Made by a program: the position numbers and the translations under genes. From positions 64,001 through 128,000 of the forward strand of contig CAWISW010000003.1 in NCBI GenBank assembly GCA_963838925.1: 64,000 nt of DNA, given 5' to 3'. The notes below the pieces were generated by a model. That model was not told the DNA's origin, made no database searches, and saw nothing but the letters and a program-made list of their open reading frames with translations. Each line of letters starts with the position of its first letter. Position 1 is the first letter of the stretch. Shown piece after piece: positions 29,774 through 40,585 of this stretch. The stretch is from an uncultured Nitrososphaerota archaeon. GTDB lineage: Archaea > Thermoproteota > Nitrososphaeria > Nitrososphaerales > Gagatemarchaeaceae.

Positions 29774-31246
29774 TTGGCGGTTAAGATTCAGTACAAGTGG
29801 ATCGCTCTCACCAACACCACGCTGGGCGCGGCCATGTCGGCCATCGACGCGAGCATAGTGCTGATAGCGCTGCCGACGATAGGGCGGGACCTTCCAAACG
29901 CCTCGCCCTTCGACCTGATCTGGGTCCTCATCGGCTACCAGCTGGTGGTCGCAGCGGTCCTCGTCAACTTCGGGCGGCTGAGCGACATGTTCGGGAGGGT
30001 CAGGCTCTATACGTTGGGGTTCGCCCTCTTCACCGCGGCCTCCGCGCTGTGCAGCTTGTCGCAGTCGGGGCTGGAGCTGGTGGTCTTCAGGATGGTCCAG
30101 GGTCTGGCGGCGGCACTCCTATTCTCAAACAGCGCGGCGATCATCACCGACGCGTTTCCCTTCGAGGAAAGGGGGAGGGCCCTCGGCGTCAACGCGATTG
30201 CCATCACCGCCGGGTCCGTCATGGGGCTGGTGGTGGGCGGGTTCCTCACTGCCGCCGCGGGGTGGCGCGCGATATTCTGGGTGAACGTGCCGATCGGGGT
30301 GGTCGCCACGGTGTGGTCCCACTACCGCCTCAAGGAGCAGTCCGCGAGGAGGGAGGGGCAGAGGCTGGACATCGCGGGCAACGTCGCCTTCGCGGCGGGG
30401 GTCTTCACCCTCCTATCGGGGATCTCCCTCTACGCGGTCTCCGGCCTGAGCAGTTCGTTCACCCTGGGGCTTGCGGCGGCGGGCATCGCGATCCTGTGCG
30501 CCTTCGCCTTCGTAGAGACGAGGGTGGAGGACCCGATGCTCAAGCTCTCCCTGTTCAGGAACCGGCTCTTCGCGGCGGGGACCGTCGCCATCTTCCTCAA
30601 CTCCCTCGCCAGGGGCTGCGTCCTGCTCGTCCTCGTCTTCTACCTGCAGGGGCCCAACATGAACCTCGGGCCCTTCCAGGCGGGCCTGTTCTTGCTCCCG
30701 AACACCGCGATGTTCGCGCTATTCGGGCCGATTGCCGGGTATGTCGCCGACAGGAGGGGGCCGCGGCTGGTCGCCACGAGCGGGCTCGCGCTGACCGCGA
30801 TCGGCCTGACCATGCTCACCCAGCTGCCCACCTCCGCGACCTTCTGGCAGCTCGCCCTCCCGCTCGTCATAACGGGCGCAGGGATGGGGACGTTCGCGCC
30901 CCCCAACAGGGCCTCGGTGATGAGCGCCGTCCCTCCTGAGGACAGGGGCCTCGCGGCGGGGATCAGCACGACGCTGATAAACTTAGGAAACAGCGTGAGC
31001 AGGAGCCTCGCGTTCGTCGTGATGGGCGCATTGGTGCCCGTCGCGGCCCTGGACGACATGTTCGCGGGCAACTACGGTGCGGTCGGCAGCGGCTTCGCGG
31101 GGAGCTTCGTGGGCGGCATCCACCTGGTCTTCCTCGTCTCGACCGGGTTCGTCCTCCTTTCCATCGTGCCCTCGATTCTCAGGGGAGGCCGGGAGATCCC
31201 TAAGGAGGAGCGGGGGGCTCCCCCGCTCGAAGAGGAGCAGGTCTGA
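29774..31246 (+). CDS. MFS transporter (DHA2-like)
   Basis: QYKWIALTNTTLG, GRLSDMFGR, WRAIFWVNVPIG. Confidence 0.92.
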   Translation: MAVKIQYKWIALTNTTLGAAMSAIDASIVLIALPTIGRDLPNASPFDLIWVLIGYQLVVAAVLVNFGRLSDMFGRVRLYTLGFALFTAASALCSLSQSGLELVVFRMVQGLAAALLFSNSAAIITDAFPFEERGRALGVNAIAITAGSVMGLVVGGFLTAAAGWRAIFWVNVPIGVVATVWSHYRLKEQSARREGQRLDIAGNVAFAAGVFTLLSGISLYAVSGLSSSFTLGLAAAGIAILCAFAFVETRVEDPMLKLSLFRNRLFAAGTVAIFLNSLARGCVLLVLVFYLQGPNMNLGPFQAGLFLLPNTAMFALFGPIAGYVADRRGPRLVATSGLALTAIGLTMLTQLPTSATFWQLALPLVITGAGMGTFAPPNRASVMSAVPPEDRGLAAGISTTLINLGNSVSRSLAFVVMGALVPVAALDDMFAGNYGAVGSGFAGSFVGGIHLVFLVSTGFVLLSIVPSILRGGREIPKEERGAPPLEEEQV

Positions 31247-31336
31247 ACAGGTTCCTCTCCCGAGTTGAGCCTAGGTCCTAGTAAGTATAATTCTAAATCA
31301 AGCCTTATATTGCCCTCGCCGGGTGATTTTAGATTC

Positions 31337-32329
31337 ATGATGCACATCCATCCAGAGAAGGTGGAGGCAAAGAAGCACGGAAATGAGAACGAGCTGATCG
31401 TATACGGCCCGTTTCACAAGACCTTCTTCGATTTCCTCACGCAGTTTCGCCACAGATACTATGGGCTAGACATAGACCTCACTTACTACGCGGCTCATCC
31501 CGTCGAGGTGGTTCAGAAGGTTAGGGACGAGGTGAAGTACGGCATCCCGACCGCGGACGTCGTGATGCTCCCGCACTACACCACTCTGATGCTCAAGGAG
31601 TCGGGGCACCTTCGTGATTACCGCTCGCCCGAGCTCAAGGCCTACGACCCGATATTCAAGGACAAGGACGGGACGTGGTCCGCCATCGCCGTCGAGCCGA
31701 CGAACTTCATCTACAACCGCCAGTTCCTGGACCAGAAGCTCGTCCCGAACAAACTCTGGGACCTGACCAACCCGGGGCTCAAGGGGCTGGTGTCGATGCA
31801 GTCCGTCCAGGACTGGTCTGATGGGATGTACAGCTTCTTCTACTTCGCGACCCTGCTCAGCATGATCGGGGAGAAGAAGTGGGACGAGTTCGTAAAGGCG
31901 TTCCTCAAGAACACGCAGCCTGCCGTGTTCGCTTGCTACCACAACATGCAAAAGTACGTCTCGAGGGGAGACTACGCTATCGGTCTGCCACTCCCGCTGA
32001 TCAAGGTCGGCTGGGAGGTCGAGACCCTCGCCCTGTCTGACGTCCCCAAGACGGCGAGCATGAGGAGCATAGGGATCGTCAGGGAAGCGGCGCACCAGAA
32101 GAACGCGGAGCGCTTCGTCGACCACCTTCTGTCCGCCGAGTGGCAGAACTCGATGGGCAAGAGCTACGAGGGCCTGGTACCGACGAGGCCGGGAGCGACG
32201 ATGAAGTACAACGCCCCGTTCAAGAACCCGACGACCGCCATGAGGTACTTCCCGGACGAGAAGGGCGTGAGGGACGCGTTCTCGCCCCATTCGCTGCTAG
32301 AGAAGTTCAAGTCCGTCGGGCTCCCATAG
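31337..32329 (+). CDS. AfuA/FbpA-like substrate-binding-fold protein without signal peptide
   Basis: ADVV, YRSPE, IYN..., P..LWDL..P, AHQKNAERFVDHLLS.EWQ; ATG 31337. Confidence 0.8.
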   Translation: MMHIHPEKVEAKKHGNENELIVYGPFHKTFFDFLTQFRHRYYGLDIDLTYYAAHPVEVVQKVRDEVKYGIPTADVVMLPHYTTLMLKESGHLRDYRSPELKAYDPIFKDKDGTWSAIAVEPTNFIYNRQFLDQKLVPNKLWDLTNPGLKGLVSMQSVQDWSDGMYSFFYFATLLSMIGEKKWDEFVKAFLKNTQPAVFACYHNMQKYVSRGDYAIGLPLPLIKVGWEVETLALSDVPKTASMRSIGIVREAAHQKNAERFVDHLLSAEWQNSMGKSYEGLVPTRPGATMKYNAPFKNPTTAMRYFPDEKGVRDAFSPHSLLEKFKSVGLP

Positions 32330-32378
32330 GGCCTGTAGCTAGCCGCTGTTCTACCCGCCTCAAGCGAGGGTAGGCCCT

Positions 32379-33404
32379 CTACTTCTTCCCGAAGAGCTCC
32401 GCTAGGGTTGCGATGGAGTCGGGGGCGGTGCGCAGCGCCTCCTCGTTGGGGAAGGGCGTGAGCTTCTCCTTGTGGACGAGCTTGTCGAGCGCGTACGGCG
32501 AGTCGACCCCCTTCCTAGACGGTATCCGCAGGTAGGTCCTCCCCACCACCTCTTGCCCCTCCTTCGAGAGGAGGTAGTCCATGAGGAGCTCCGCGGCGGC
32601 CGGGTGCCTTCCAGCGACCGTCTTCGCAATCGCGTTGAAGGTGAGAAGCATCGGGACGTCCGTCAGCTTCAGGCGCTCGATCGTCCTCTTCGCTTCCTTC
32701 GCCTTCACGTAGTCGTGAAGCAGGACCGTCAGCCCGATCTTGCTCTCTCCGTTTGCGACGGAGTCTACGACTGGGTCGTAGAGCGGGGACATCTTGGCCT
32801 CGTTCTTGGCGAGCCCCCGGACGAACTTCTTCCACTCGCTCTCGCCCAGGATGGGCCTCAGCGACGCGAGCCAGTAGGCGCCCAGCGTCCCGACGGACAG
32901 GTCGTGCGAGATGATGGTCCCCTTCCACTTCGGGTCAGTCAGGTCCATGGCTGTCTTGGGCAGCTCGCGCTTTGTCACGAGCTTGGGGTTGTAGACCTGG
33001 ATCATGCCCAAGGAGACGATGGGGAACCAGTAGCCCTCCGGCTGGAGGACGTCTTTCGGATAGCCCGCCGTCTCCTTCAACTTCGTCCTTGCCAGCAGGC
33101 CAAGGCCTCGGAACTGCATCAGAGGGGGGACGGCCACTATGACGGCGTCCGCGGTCTCCCTCCCGGCCTTGACGTCGTCCATTATCTTCTGGGCCATCGG
33201 AGGCGGGGTCCCGGGGACGTACCTCCTCTGGTACTCTATCTCGATTCCCGGATATTTCTTCTCAAAAGATTCTTTCCAGCCCGCGAACTCGTCTATCTCG
33301 ACGGTGCCGAAGACCAGGACGCGCCCTTCTTTCTTGGCCTTCTTGACGACCGAGTCGCTAGCGGTCATGGAATCGTCTCCCGTTTCGTTCGCGGCCGCGT
33401 GCAT
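32379..33404 (-). CDS. AfuA/FbpA-like substrate-binding-fold protein without signal peptide
   Basis: AKKEGRVLVF, PKTAMDLTDPKWKG, HPAAAELLMDYLLSKEGQ; start 33404 or 33368. Confidence 0.82.
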   Translation of the reverse strand: MHAAANETGDDSMTASDSVVKKAKKEGRVLVFGTVEIDEFAGWKESFEKKYPGIEIEYQRRYVPGTPPPMAQKIMDDVKAGRETADAVIVAVPPLMQFRGLGLLARTKLKETAGYPKDVLQPEGYWFPIVSLGMIQVYNPKLVTKRELPKTAMDLTDPKWKGTIISHDLSVGTLGAYWLASLRPILGESEWKKFVRGLAKNEAKMSPLYDPVVDSVANGESKIGLTVLLHDYVKAKEAKRTIERLKLTDVPMLLTFNAIAKTVAGRHPAAAELLMDYLLSKEGQEVVGRTYLRIPSRKGVDSPYALDKLVHKEKLTPFPNEEALRTAPDSIATLAELFGKK

Positions 33405-33439
33405 AGATATGGCTTCCCGCGGGCGCCGGCGAGTCCAAG

Positions 33440-35143
33440 TCAGATCCCCCGTTTCCTCCCCCAAAAGTGCAGGAAGATGGCACCCAGCGTCAGGAAGAGG
33501 CCGATCATCCCCGTGAAAATCACGGAAGCGGCCGCGACGACGTTGATGTCGGAGAAGAGCGTGGCAGTGTTGTAGTAGTGCAGGAGGAGCACCGTGAAGG
33601 GTACGCTCTGCGCGGTCACGAGAAGGATGACGCCGCCGAGCTCCCTGAGCGAGTCGATGAAGGTGTAGACGAAGCTGTTGAATAGGCCGGCCCGTGTGAG
33701 TGGGAGGAGTATCCTCGTGAAGGTCCTTAGGAAACCAGACCCGCTCACCTGAGAGGCTTCCTCGAGCTCGTTGGAGACCTGGACCATGTTTCCGGAGACT
33801 ATCCTAGTCGAGAACGGAAGCCGGATGAAGACCAGCGAGATCGCGAGAGGCCAGATGGTCCCGTAGATGCTGTGGAGCCCCGGGACGAGGAGGAAGGTCC
33901 AGAAGAGGGCGACCCCGTAGACCACTCCGGGGAAGGCAAGAGGCAAGGCCGAGATGTATTCAGCCAGCCTCGCGCCTCGCGACTTGACCTTGTAGGCGGC
34001 GTACGACAACAGAGACCCGACGACGGTGGCCGCTATCGCGGCGATGAGCCCGAACTCGATCGAGGTCTGGAGGGAAGAGAAGAGCCCGGGGATCTCGAGA
34101 GCGCTGATGTACGCGCCGGGAAAATTGAACTTGAGGTTTACCAGCTGGCTCCCATAGATGTTGGAGATGGACATCAGGAAGAGGGTAAGGAACGGAAGGA
34201 TGAACTCGAAGAATACTATCCCGAAGCAGATCAAGAGGGCCAGCGACCTCATGCGGCCGAGCTTCTGGACGCCGCGAGAGACTGAGCGCCCTGTCACTAC
34301 CTGGAATCTAAAGGCCCGCCGCGTAGACCAGATGTAGATGGTCACCGCGACAAGGGTGATGAGGGCGTAGAGTATGCTGACCTCGGCCGCGGTCCCGTAG
34401 GCCGGAGGGACGCTCTCCTGGGTCCAGAAGAGGATCTCCGTCGCAAGGACGTGCACATGCCCCGGGAGCCCTAGGAGGTACGGGAACTCGAGCGTCCCCA
34501 CCCCGCCGATGACGGCGAGCACGAAAGCCGAGAACACCGCGGGCCTGATGATTGGGAAGGTCACGTCCCTAAACGTCGCGAGGATTCCCTTTCCGGCGAT
34601 CCTCGAGGCCTCCTCCAGGTTGGCGTCCATTGATTTCATCGCCGGCAGGATCACGAGGTAGGCGAGGGGGACGTTGGTGAAGGACTGGGCGAAGATTAGC
34701 CCCCCCATGGAGTAGATGTCGAAGTTCAGGACGCCGCGCCCCAGGATGTGGTTCAGGAGGACGTTGATTATACCCGCGTTAGGGTTGAGGAGGTAGGACC
34801 ACGCGAAGGCCTTGAACAGGAGGGGCACGCTGAGCCCGAGCACGGGGAGCAGCTCGAGGAACCGCTTGCCGTAGACGTCCGTCCGCGCGATGAACCAAGC
34901 GTAGAAGACCGCGAAAATCGTTGTGAAGACGGCGGCTGTTATGCTGAACTCGAGAGTGCTCTCGACCAGGGAGAGGGTGCTGGGCAACGTGAAGTAGCCG
35001 ATGAGCGAGTAGTTCGTCTTCCCGAGGGCGGGAAAGAAGGATAATCCGACGAGGAGAGCGAAGACAGGGATGAGGAGGAGCAGGAATACGGCGACGACGA
35101 CGATGACGAGTAGCTTGCTCTTGTACATCCCTCGGCCCGACAC
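33440..35143 (-). CDS. Fe3+/AfuB-type ABC permease (fused two-domain)
   Basis: ARTDVYG, two EAA loops (LEEASRIAG, LEEASQVSG). Confidence 0.9.
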   Translation of the reverse strand: MSGRGMYKSKLLVIVVVAVFLLLLIPVFALLVGLSFFPALGKTNYSLIGYFTLPSTLSLVESTLEFSITAAVFTTIFAVFYAWFIARTDVYGKRFLELLPVLGLSVPLLFKAFAWSYLLNPNAGIINVLLNHILGRGVLNFDIYSMGGLIFAQSFTNVPLAYLVILPAMKSMDANLEEASRIAGKGILATFRDVTFPIIRPAVFSAFVLAVIGGVGTLEFPYLLGLPGHVHVLATEILFWTQESVPPAYGTAAEVSILYALITLVAVTIYIWSTRRAFRFQVVTGRSVSRGVQKLGRMRSLALLICFGIVFFEFILPFLTLFLMSISNIYGSQLVNLKFNFPGAYISALEIPGLFSSLQTSIEFGLIAAIAATVVGSLLSYAAYKVKSRGARLAEYISALPLAFPGVVYGVALFWTFLLVPGLHSIYGTIWPLAISLVFIRLPFSTRIVSGNMVQVSNELEEASQVSGSGFLRTFTRILLPLTRAGLFNSFVYTFIDSLRELGGVILLVTAQSVPFTVLLLHYYNTATLFSDINVVAAASVIFTGMIGLFLTLGAIFLHFWGRKRGI

Positions 35144-35227
35144 CCCTAATGCAGGCCGCAGCTAAAAGAGCGCGGCGGCCCGGTCGCTGGTCGTCAACTT
35201 GGACAGCTCACCGGGCGGTCTCGCAGG

Positions 35228-36454
35228 CTAGGCCCCGAATATGTTCTTGAACAGCAGGCTCCAACTGGCCGTGTCCGTGAGGAGCGCCGTGTTCGCGTAT
35301 GCGTTCGTGAGCCGGTAGTCGGACGGCAGGTATCCCAGGAGCGAGCTCGAGAGCTGAGACTGATACGGGTCGTGGTTGGTGCACAGCACGCCCAGCTGGC
35401 CAGGGATCGAGATGTACCAGGCCTCGAACAGCTTCGCCATGTTGGGGTGGGGCGCTCCCGCCGTTATGGTGACCACTCCCGGCGTGTAGACGACGGGCTC
35501 GATGTCGTCGAACGCGAGCTGGCTCGGGCTCACGCCTCCCTTCAGGTCGGAGACGTAGTCGTCGAAGGTGGCGACCCCTAGGGCGTCCTGCCCGCTTATG
35601 ACGTCCTGCTCTGCGTTGCCGGCCGTCTGCTCGATCTTCGGGTTGTTCGCGGCGATTCCCTGCATAAGCGTCGTCCAGCTCGAGTTGGTCATCTGCGTGG
35701 AGAGGTAGTAGAACTCAGCCGTAGTTATGCCCAGGGCGGTCGCCGTCTGGAAGGCTATCTGGTTCTTGTAGATGGGGTTCGCCAGGGCAGCCCAGGTCGT
35801 CGGGATCGGGAGCTTGTCGGCTGCCATCACAGACGGGTTGTAGATCAGGTGCACGATGGCGATGTTGGTCGTGATCCAGTTTGGCCCATACGCGGATGAC
35901 GAGTAGTTCATCAGGGCGAGCTGCGGACTCGTGTAGTTGATGACCGTACCCGCCGCGATGGCTGGCTCGAGGCCCGCCAAGGTGCCCGTGGCGACGTCAG
36001 CCTGGACGGAGTGCGCCTGGTAGTTGGATATCAGCTCGGTGGTCTCCGCCGCGGTCGAAAGGCTCGTGTAGGTCACCTTACCATTGGCCCAGGGATACGT
36101 TTGATAGAATGACGGACCGTAGCAGTTTGCCCAGTTTGTGGCTGACTGGGTAGTGAGTATCGTGAGGCAGTTTGACCCGGCGGCTGCGCATTCAGCCTGA
36201 GCTGCTGTCGCCAGGTCTTGGAGCTGGGTCGTGGTCGACGTGGCGGTGGTGGTCGAGGTCGCGGTCGACGTCGAGACAGACGTAGCCGTCGAGGTCACGG
36301 TTGAACCGGTTCCTGTGATGGTAGTCGTCGCCGTGGACGTCGTCGTTGATCCACCCGTCGACCGGATGAACCCGTAGCTCGCCGCGGCCGCGAGGATGAC
36401 AACGAGTATTACCAGAGCGGTGACGGTTTGAGAGACCCCGGGCTGTCTGTGCAT
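35228..36454 (-). CDS. ABC substrate-binding protein (AfuA-like), membrane-anchored
   Basis: Class III-like signal (PG|VSQ) + TM, Thr linker, APHPNMAKLF. Confidence 0.85.
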   Translation of the reverse strand: MHRQPGVSQTVTALVILVVILAAAASYGFIRSTGGSTTTSTATTTITGTGSTVTSTATSVSTSTATSTTTATSTTTQLQDLATAAQAECAAAGSNCLTILTTQSATNWANCYGPSFYQTYPWANGKVTYTSLSTAAETTELISNYQAHSVQADVATGTLAGLEPAIAAGTVINYTSPQLALMNYSSSAYGPNWITTNIAIVHLIYNPSVMAADKLPIPTTWAALANPIYKNQIAFQTATALGITTAEFYYLSTQMTNSSWTTLMQGIAANNPKIEQTAGNAEQDVISGQDALGVATFDDYVSDLKGGVSPSQLAFDDIEPVVYTPGVVTITAGAPHPNMAKLFEAWYISIPGQLGVLCTNHDPYQSQLSSSLLGYLPSDYRLTNAYANTALLTDTASWSLLFKNIFGA

Positions 36455-36588
36455 GGGGCTCCAAAACGAGGCGGGGGATACTTATCCGTTCGGTTCGGAT
36501 TATCCTAACTAGAGGTCCCGCGGCGAACGGGGCATGCTGGCTGGGAGTCGCTCGAATTATATACTGAGACGATGTCGAAGGTCACGAC

Positions 36589-37695
36589 GTGTCAGGCAGC
36601 GGGGCCCCCAAAATCCAAGTCCAGAAGCTCGTGAAGCGCTTCGGGGGCGTGTTGGCGGTCAACGGCGTGACCTTCTCCGTTGGCGACGGAGAGATCTTGG
36701 GGCTGCTCGGTCCGAGCGGCTGCGGCAAGACGACCGTCCTTCGAAGCATCTCCGGCCTGGAGGAGATAGACTCTGGAAAAATCGTCCTGGACGGTACGAC
36801 CGTGAGCTCGCCGGAGGAGAAGGTCTTCGTCCCTCCAGAGAAGCGGAGGCTCGGTTTCGTCTTCCAGAGCTACGCGCTCTGGCCCCACATGACAGTCAGG
36901 CAGAACATCGACTACTGCCTGAAGGGGTTCTCAAAGCAGGAGAAGAAGACGAAGATAGAAGGAGCCCTCGAGCTCGTCGGCCTGGGCGACGTGGCGGAGC
37001 GCTATCCCTCACAGCTCAGCGGAGGGCAGCAGCAGAGGGTCGCGGTCGCAAGGAGCGTGGCGTATGAGCCGAAGGTGATACTTCTCGACGAGCCGCTCAG
37101 CAACCTGGACCAGAAGGAGCGGGAGCGGGTCCGGGGAGAGCTCAGGCTGCTCCTGAAGAGGATCGGGATAACGACCGTCTTCGTGACCCACGACCAGGAG
37201 GAGGCCTTCATCATCTGCGACAGGGTCATCCTGATGAACCGCGGGAAGATAGAGCAGGAGGGATCGCCGGAGAGCCTCTACGCGTCCCCCGTCAACCTCT
37301 TCGTCGCCGAGTTCATCGGTAGGGGCAACATACTCAAGGCCGAGCTCAAGAGCCTGGACACGGCGAAGCACACGGCGATCCTCAGGATCCCCGACGTGGA
37401 CGCGGACATGACCTGCGAATACGGGGAGGAGTTCCCCGAGAAGGTCTCCTCTGTGGTGATAAGGCGCAACGAGATAGGCCTCAGCAGAGCCAAGCCGGGC
37501 TTCGGGGAGAACGTGCTCGCGGGGAAGGTGGTTGCCAGGGAGTTTAGGGGCGCGGTGACGGACAGCAGGATCCGCGTTGGGAGCGCGGAAGTCATCGTCA
37601 CGAAGCACAAGTTCGAGAGCGATTCGGAGACCAGTGACGGGGAGGACATCTACCTTCACGTGCCTCCACGGGCGATCAAGCCGATAGCGGACTGA
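36589..37695 (+). CDS. ABC ATP-binding protein (FbpC/PotA family)
   Basis: GPSGCGKT, FQSYALWPHMTV, LSGGQQQR, LDEP, THDQEEA, C-terminal TOBE. Confidence 0.93.
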   Translation: MSGSGAPKIQVQKLVKRFGGVLAVNGVTFSVGDGEILGLLGPSGCGKTTVLRSISGLEEIDSGKIVLDGTTVSSPEEKVFVPPEKRRLGFVFQSYALWPHMTVRQNIDYCLKGFSKQEKKTKIEGALELVGLGDVAERYPSQLSGGQQQRVAVARSVAYEPKVILLDEPLSNLDQKERERVRGELRLLLKRIGITTVFVTHDQEEAFIICDRVILMNRGKIEQEGSPESLYASPVNLFVAEFIGRGNILKAELKSLDTAKHTAILRIPDVDADMTCEYGEEFPEKVSSVVIRRNEIGLSRAKPGFGENVLAGKVVAREFRGAVTDSRIRVGSAEVIVTKHKFESDSETSDGEDIYLHVPPRAIKPIAD

Positions 37696-37716
37696 GGACG
37701 GCCCTTCCCTGCCTGC

Positions 37717-40143
37717 TCACTGCTTCTTGCGGTGAGCTTTGATCAAGGTCCAGAGCTTGGAGGGTGTCAGCGGAACGTCAGTGACCTTGACGCCAAAGTC
37801 CGAGAGCGCGTCCTCCACCGCGTTGGCGATCGCCGGGAAGACCGGGATCGTAGGCCCCTCCCCGACGGCCTTGCCGCCGGTGGCCGTGAAGGGCGAGGGA
37901 TACTCCAGGTGCCCGACCTCGATGTCTGGCGTGTCTGCGGCCGTGTTCTTCAGATAGTCGGCGAAGGTCGCGGTGAGCATCTGCCCTTCCCCGTTCCATA
38001 CCATCTCCTCCCTCAGGGCCGCCGAGATTATGTGCGCGACGTGGCCGTGTATCTGCCCCTCGACGACGGCCGGGTTGATCAGGACCCCGATGTCGTGGGC
38101 GACAACGTACCTCAATATGGTCACCCTGCCCGTCTCCACGTCCACCTCCACTACGGCGGCGTTGGCCTGGCTCCCGTAGTTGTTGTGGGCCGCGACCCTC
38201 CTTTCCTTGTCGGGCAGGTCGGCGTGCGGATAGAAGTAGTACGCGGTCTCGTGCAGCCCGGGCTCGACTCCGGGCGGGAGGGTCTCTGCCCTCACCCGGT
38301 CGTATGCCGCCTGGGCCACGTCTGCGATGGTGACCGACCTCTCGGTCTCCGGCACGAAGGCCCTCCCCTCGTCCAGCTGTATGTCCTCGGGTTCGGCGTC
38401 CAGCATGTGGGCGGCGAACTTCTGGATCTTGGCCCTGACCTTCCTCGACGCAGCGACTATCGCGCCCATGTCTATGCTCGTGAAGGAGTCGGCGCCCGTG
38501 CCGGAGGTGCTCGACCAAGGGTTGCTGGAGCTGTCGAAGACCGAGGAGACCTCGATGTCGTCGGGGGAGATCCCCAGCTCGTCCGCAACGACCTGGGACG
38601 TGGTAGTCTCGTGGCTCTGCCCCCAGTTGGTCGCCCCTATCTGGACCGTGACCCTCCCCAGCGGGTTCATCCTCACCGTGGCGCCCGCGAGCCGCTGACC
38701 CGGGAGGTTTGGACCGCCCCTTACCATCTGCTCCCTGCCTGGATTCGCGCCTCCTGGGTCCACGTTGCACGCGATCCCTATCCCGACGTACCGTCCCTTC
38801 CGTCTCAGCTTCTTCTGCTCCTCCCTCCAGTGCTTGTAATCGACCATTTCCAGCGCCTTTTCCAGCAGCTCCCGGAAGTTCCCTGCGTCTATCAGGTTCC
38901 CGCTCGGGGTGCGGTAGGGCAGCTCGTCCGGGGGGACGAAGTTCCTGAACCTTATCTCCGCTGGGTCGAGCTTGAGCTCCTTCGCCGCAAGGTCCACCAT
39001 CCGCTCGAGCACGAAGCCCATGTGCGGCTTGCTGAGCCCCCTGTTGGACCCTCCGGGCCCCTTGTTGGTGGCGACGGCGTAGGCCTCCAGCGAGACGTTC
39101 TTCATCTTGTAGAGGCCCGTGATGTTCGTCAGCTTGACCGTGTTGTAGTAGCCCGCGTAGTAGGCGGAGCCGCCCTCGTTCGTGATGTCCTTGAGCTTGT
39201 GGCCGAGTATCGTGCCGTCCTTCTTCAACGCCATGTCCATGCGGTAGACGGCGTCCCTCGCGCCGTTCGTCCCGGCCATCAGCATCTCCCTCCTGTCCTT
39301 GACGTACTTCACTGGCCTCCCCGCCTTCCAGGAGAGAAGGGAGGCTATCGTCATGTCCATCAGGGACACGCTCCACCTTTCTCCGAACGTGCCCCCCGTG
39401 TCGGGGATGACGAACCTGACCTTCACGTCCTTTACAGGAAAGCCGCTCGTCCGGGCTCTCAGCGACCCCGACCCGGTCGCGTTGCAGTAGAAGGTGAGCG
39501 TGTTCTGGGCCTGGTCGTAGTGCGCCGTGACGGTGTCGGGTTCGAGGGGGGTCGAGCTGTACCTGTGCACCGAGAAGCGCTCGCTCAGCACCAGGTCTGC
39601 GTCACGGAAGGCCGACTTTACGTCGCCGTACTCCAGGTTGATGGAGGAGAAGGTGTTGTTCTCGACGTCCTTGAATATCCTGGGCGCCCCCGGCTTCATC
39701 GCCTCCTCGGGGTCCACCACTACCGGGAGCTCCTCGTAGTCGACGCGGATCAGGTCGAGGGCGTCCTCGGCTATGCCCCGGCTCTCGGCGGCGACGGCCG
39801 CGACCCCCTGTCCAGCGTAGACGGCCTTGTCCACTGCCATCGCGTACTCCTTGATGGGAAAGCCCGTCCTGCTGGTCATCGGGTTGGTGAGGGAGGGTAG
39901 CTCCGCCCCTGTCAAGGTGGCCACGACGCCCTTCAGCTTCATCGCCTTCGAGACGTCGATGCCCTTGATCCTGGCGTGGGCGTGGGGGCTCCTGAGGACC
40001 GCCGCATGGAGCGTCTGCTTGAGCTGGATGTCGTCGGAGTAGAGACCCTTGCCCTGCACGAACCTCCCGTCCTCCTTGACCCTGATTGGCTTGCCGACCC
40101 ATCGCCTCGCGGCGGGCCGACCTTGTCGGCTCTCGGCTGGCAC
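37717..40143 (-). CDS. Xanthine dehydrogenase family molybdopterin-binding large subunit (CoxL-like, not CODH)
   Basis: RSPHAHA, GQSHETT, NPAVVEGQIHG, KAVGE; active-site loop SNRGLSK. Confidence 0.92.
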   Translation of the reverse strand: MPAESRQGRPAARRWVGKPIRVKEDGRFVQGKGLYSDDIQLKQTLHAAVLRSPHAHARIKGIDVSKAMKLKGVVATLTGAELPSLTNPMTSRTGFPIKEYAMAVDKAVYAGQGVAAVAAESRGIAEDALDLIRVDYEELPVVVDPEEAMKPGAPRIFKDVENNTFSSINLEYGDVKSAFRDADLVLSERFSVHRYSSTPLEPDTVTAHYDQAQNTLTFYCNATGSGSLRARTSGFPVKDVKVRFVIPDTGGTFGERWSVSLMDMTIASLLSWKAGRPVKYVKDRREMLMAGTNGARDAVYRMDMALKKDGTILGHKLKDITNEGGSAYYAGYYNTVKLTNITGLYKMKNVSLEAYAVATNKGPGGSNRGLSKPHMGFVLERMVDLAAKELKLDPAEIRFRNFVPPDELPYRTPSGNLIDAGNFRELLEKALEMVDYKHWREEQKKLRRKGRYVGIGIACNVDPGGANPGREQMVRGGPNLPGQRLAGATVRMNPLGRVTVQIGATNWGQSHETTTSQVVADELGISPDDIEVSSVFDSSSNPWSSTSGTGADSFTSIDMGAIVAASRKVRAKIQKFAAHMLDAEPEDIQLDEGRAFVPETERSVTIADVAQAAYDRVRAETLPPGVEPGLHETAYYFYPHADLPDKERRVAAHNNYGSQANAAVVEVDVETGRVTILRYVVAHDIGVLINPAVVEGQIHGHVAHIISAALREEMVWNGEGQMLTATFADYLKNTAADTPDIEVGHLEYPSPFTATGGKAVGEGPTIPVFPAIANAVEDALSDFGVKVTDVPLTPSKLWTLIKAHRKKQ

Positions 40144-40451
40144 TAGTGGGTCGCCACCGGGGCCGACCCGTCTATCATGATGGCGGTGTAGTCGCCGCCC
40201 CTGAAGCGGTGCTGGCTCGCCTCTTTGTAGTCTGGGTCGGAATACCAGGCCTTGGCGTCGGCGAGCGTGGGGAACTCGAGGATGCTCACGCCCTCGACCC
40301 CAGGACCCTCGAGGACCTCGAAGGGGGTCCCCCAGCGCACGAGCGACTTTACGTTGTGTGCGGTCGAGAACTTGGGTCGGGCTTCGGCGTACATCTTGAT
40401 CTGCTCGGGGTCGCGAGTTCGGACGCGCGTGAAGACGATGTAGGCTGGCGT
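40143..40451 (-). CDS. DUF1330 family protein (probable ACG start)
   Basis: (T/M)PAYIVFTRVRTRDPEQIKMY...EVLEG...ILEFPTLADAKAWYSDPDY; TAG overlaps the coxL GTG (TAGTG). Confidence 0.82.
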   Translation of the reverse strand, partial: TPAYIVFTRVRTRDPEQIKMYAEARPKFSTAHNVKSLVRWGTPFEVLEGPGVEGVSILEFPTLADAKAWYSDPDYKEASQHRFRGGDYTAIMIDGSAPVATH

Positions 40452-40585
40452 CTTTCGACTCTCCGAGTAGTTGAGCGGAGGCAGATTATTTCTCTTTTTC
40501 CCCAGACGCAGAAATGGGTTCTATTGCATTTGACTGTGCATAGACCTAAAACCAAGTAGACCGAGAAACCAAACGAAGACTGCAG

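Noticed and set aside
37717-40143. Aerobic CO dehydrogenase (coxL) call
   Set aside because: The active-site loop SNRGLSK lacks the AYxCSFR Cu-binding motif, and no coxDEFG genes are present.
40517-40546. Second ModE-like site (TTGCA-N8-TGCATAG) upstream of DUF1330-coxL
   Set aside because: The spacer is 8 rather than 6 nt and the outer CG is missing; too degenerate to support.
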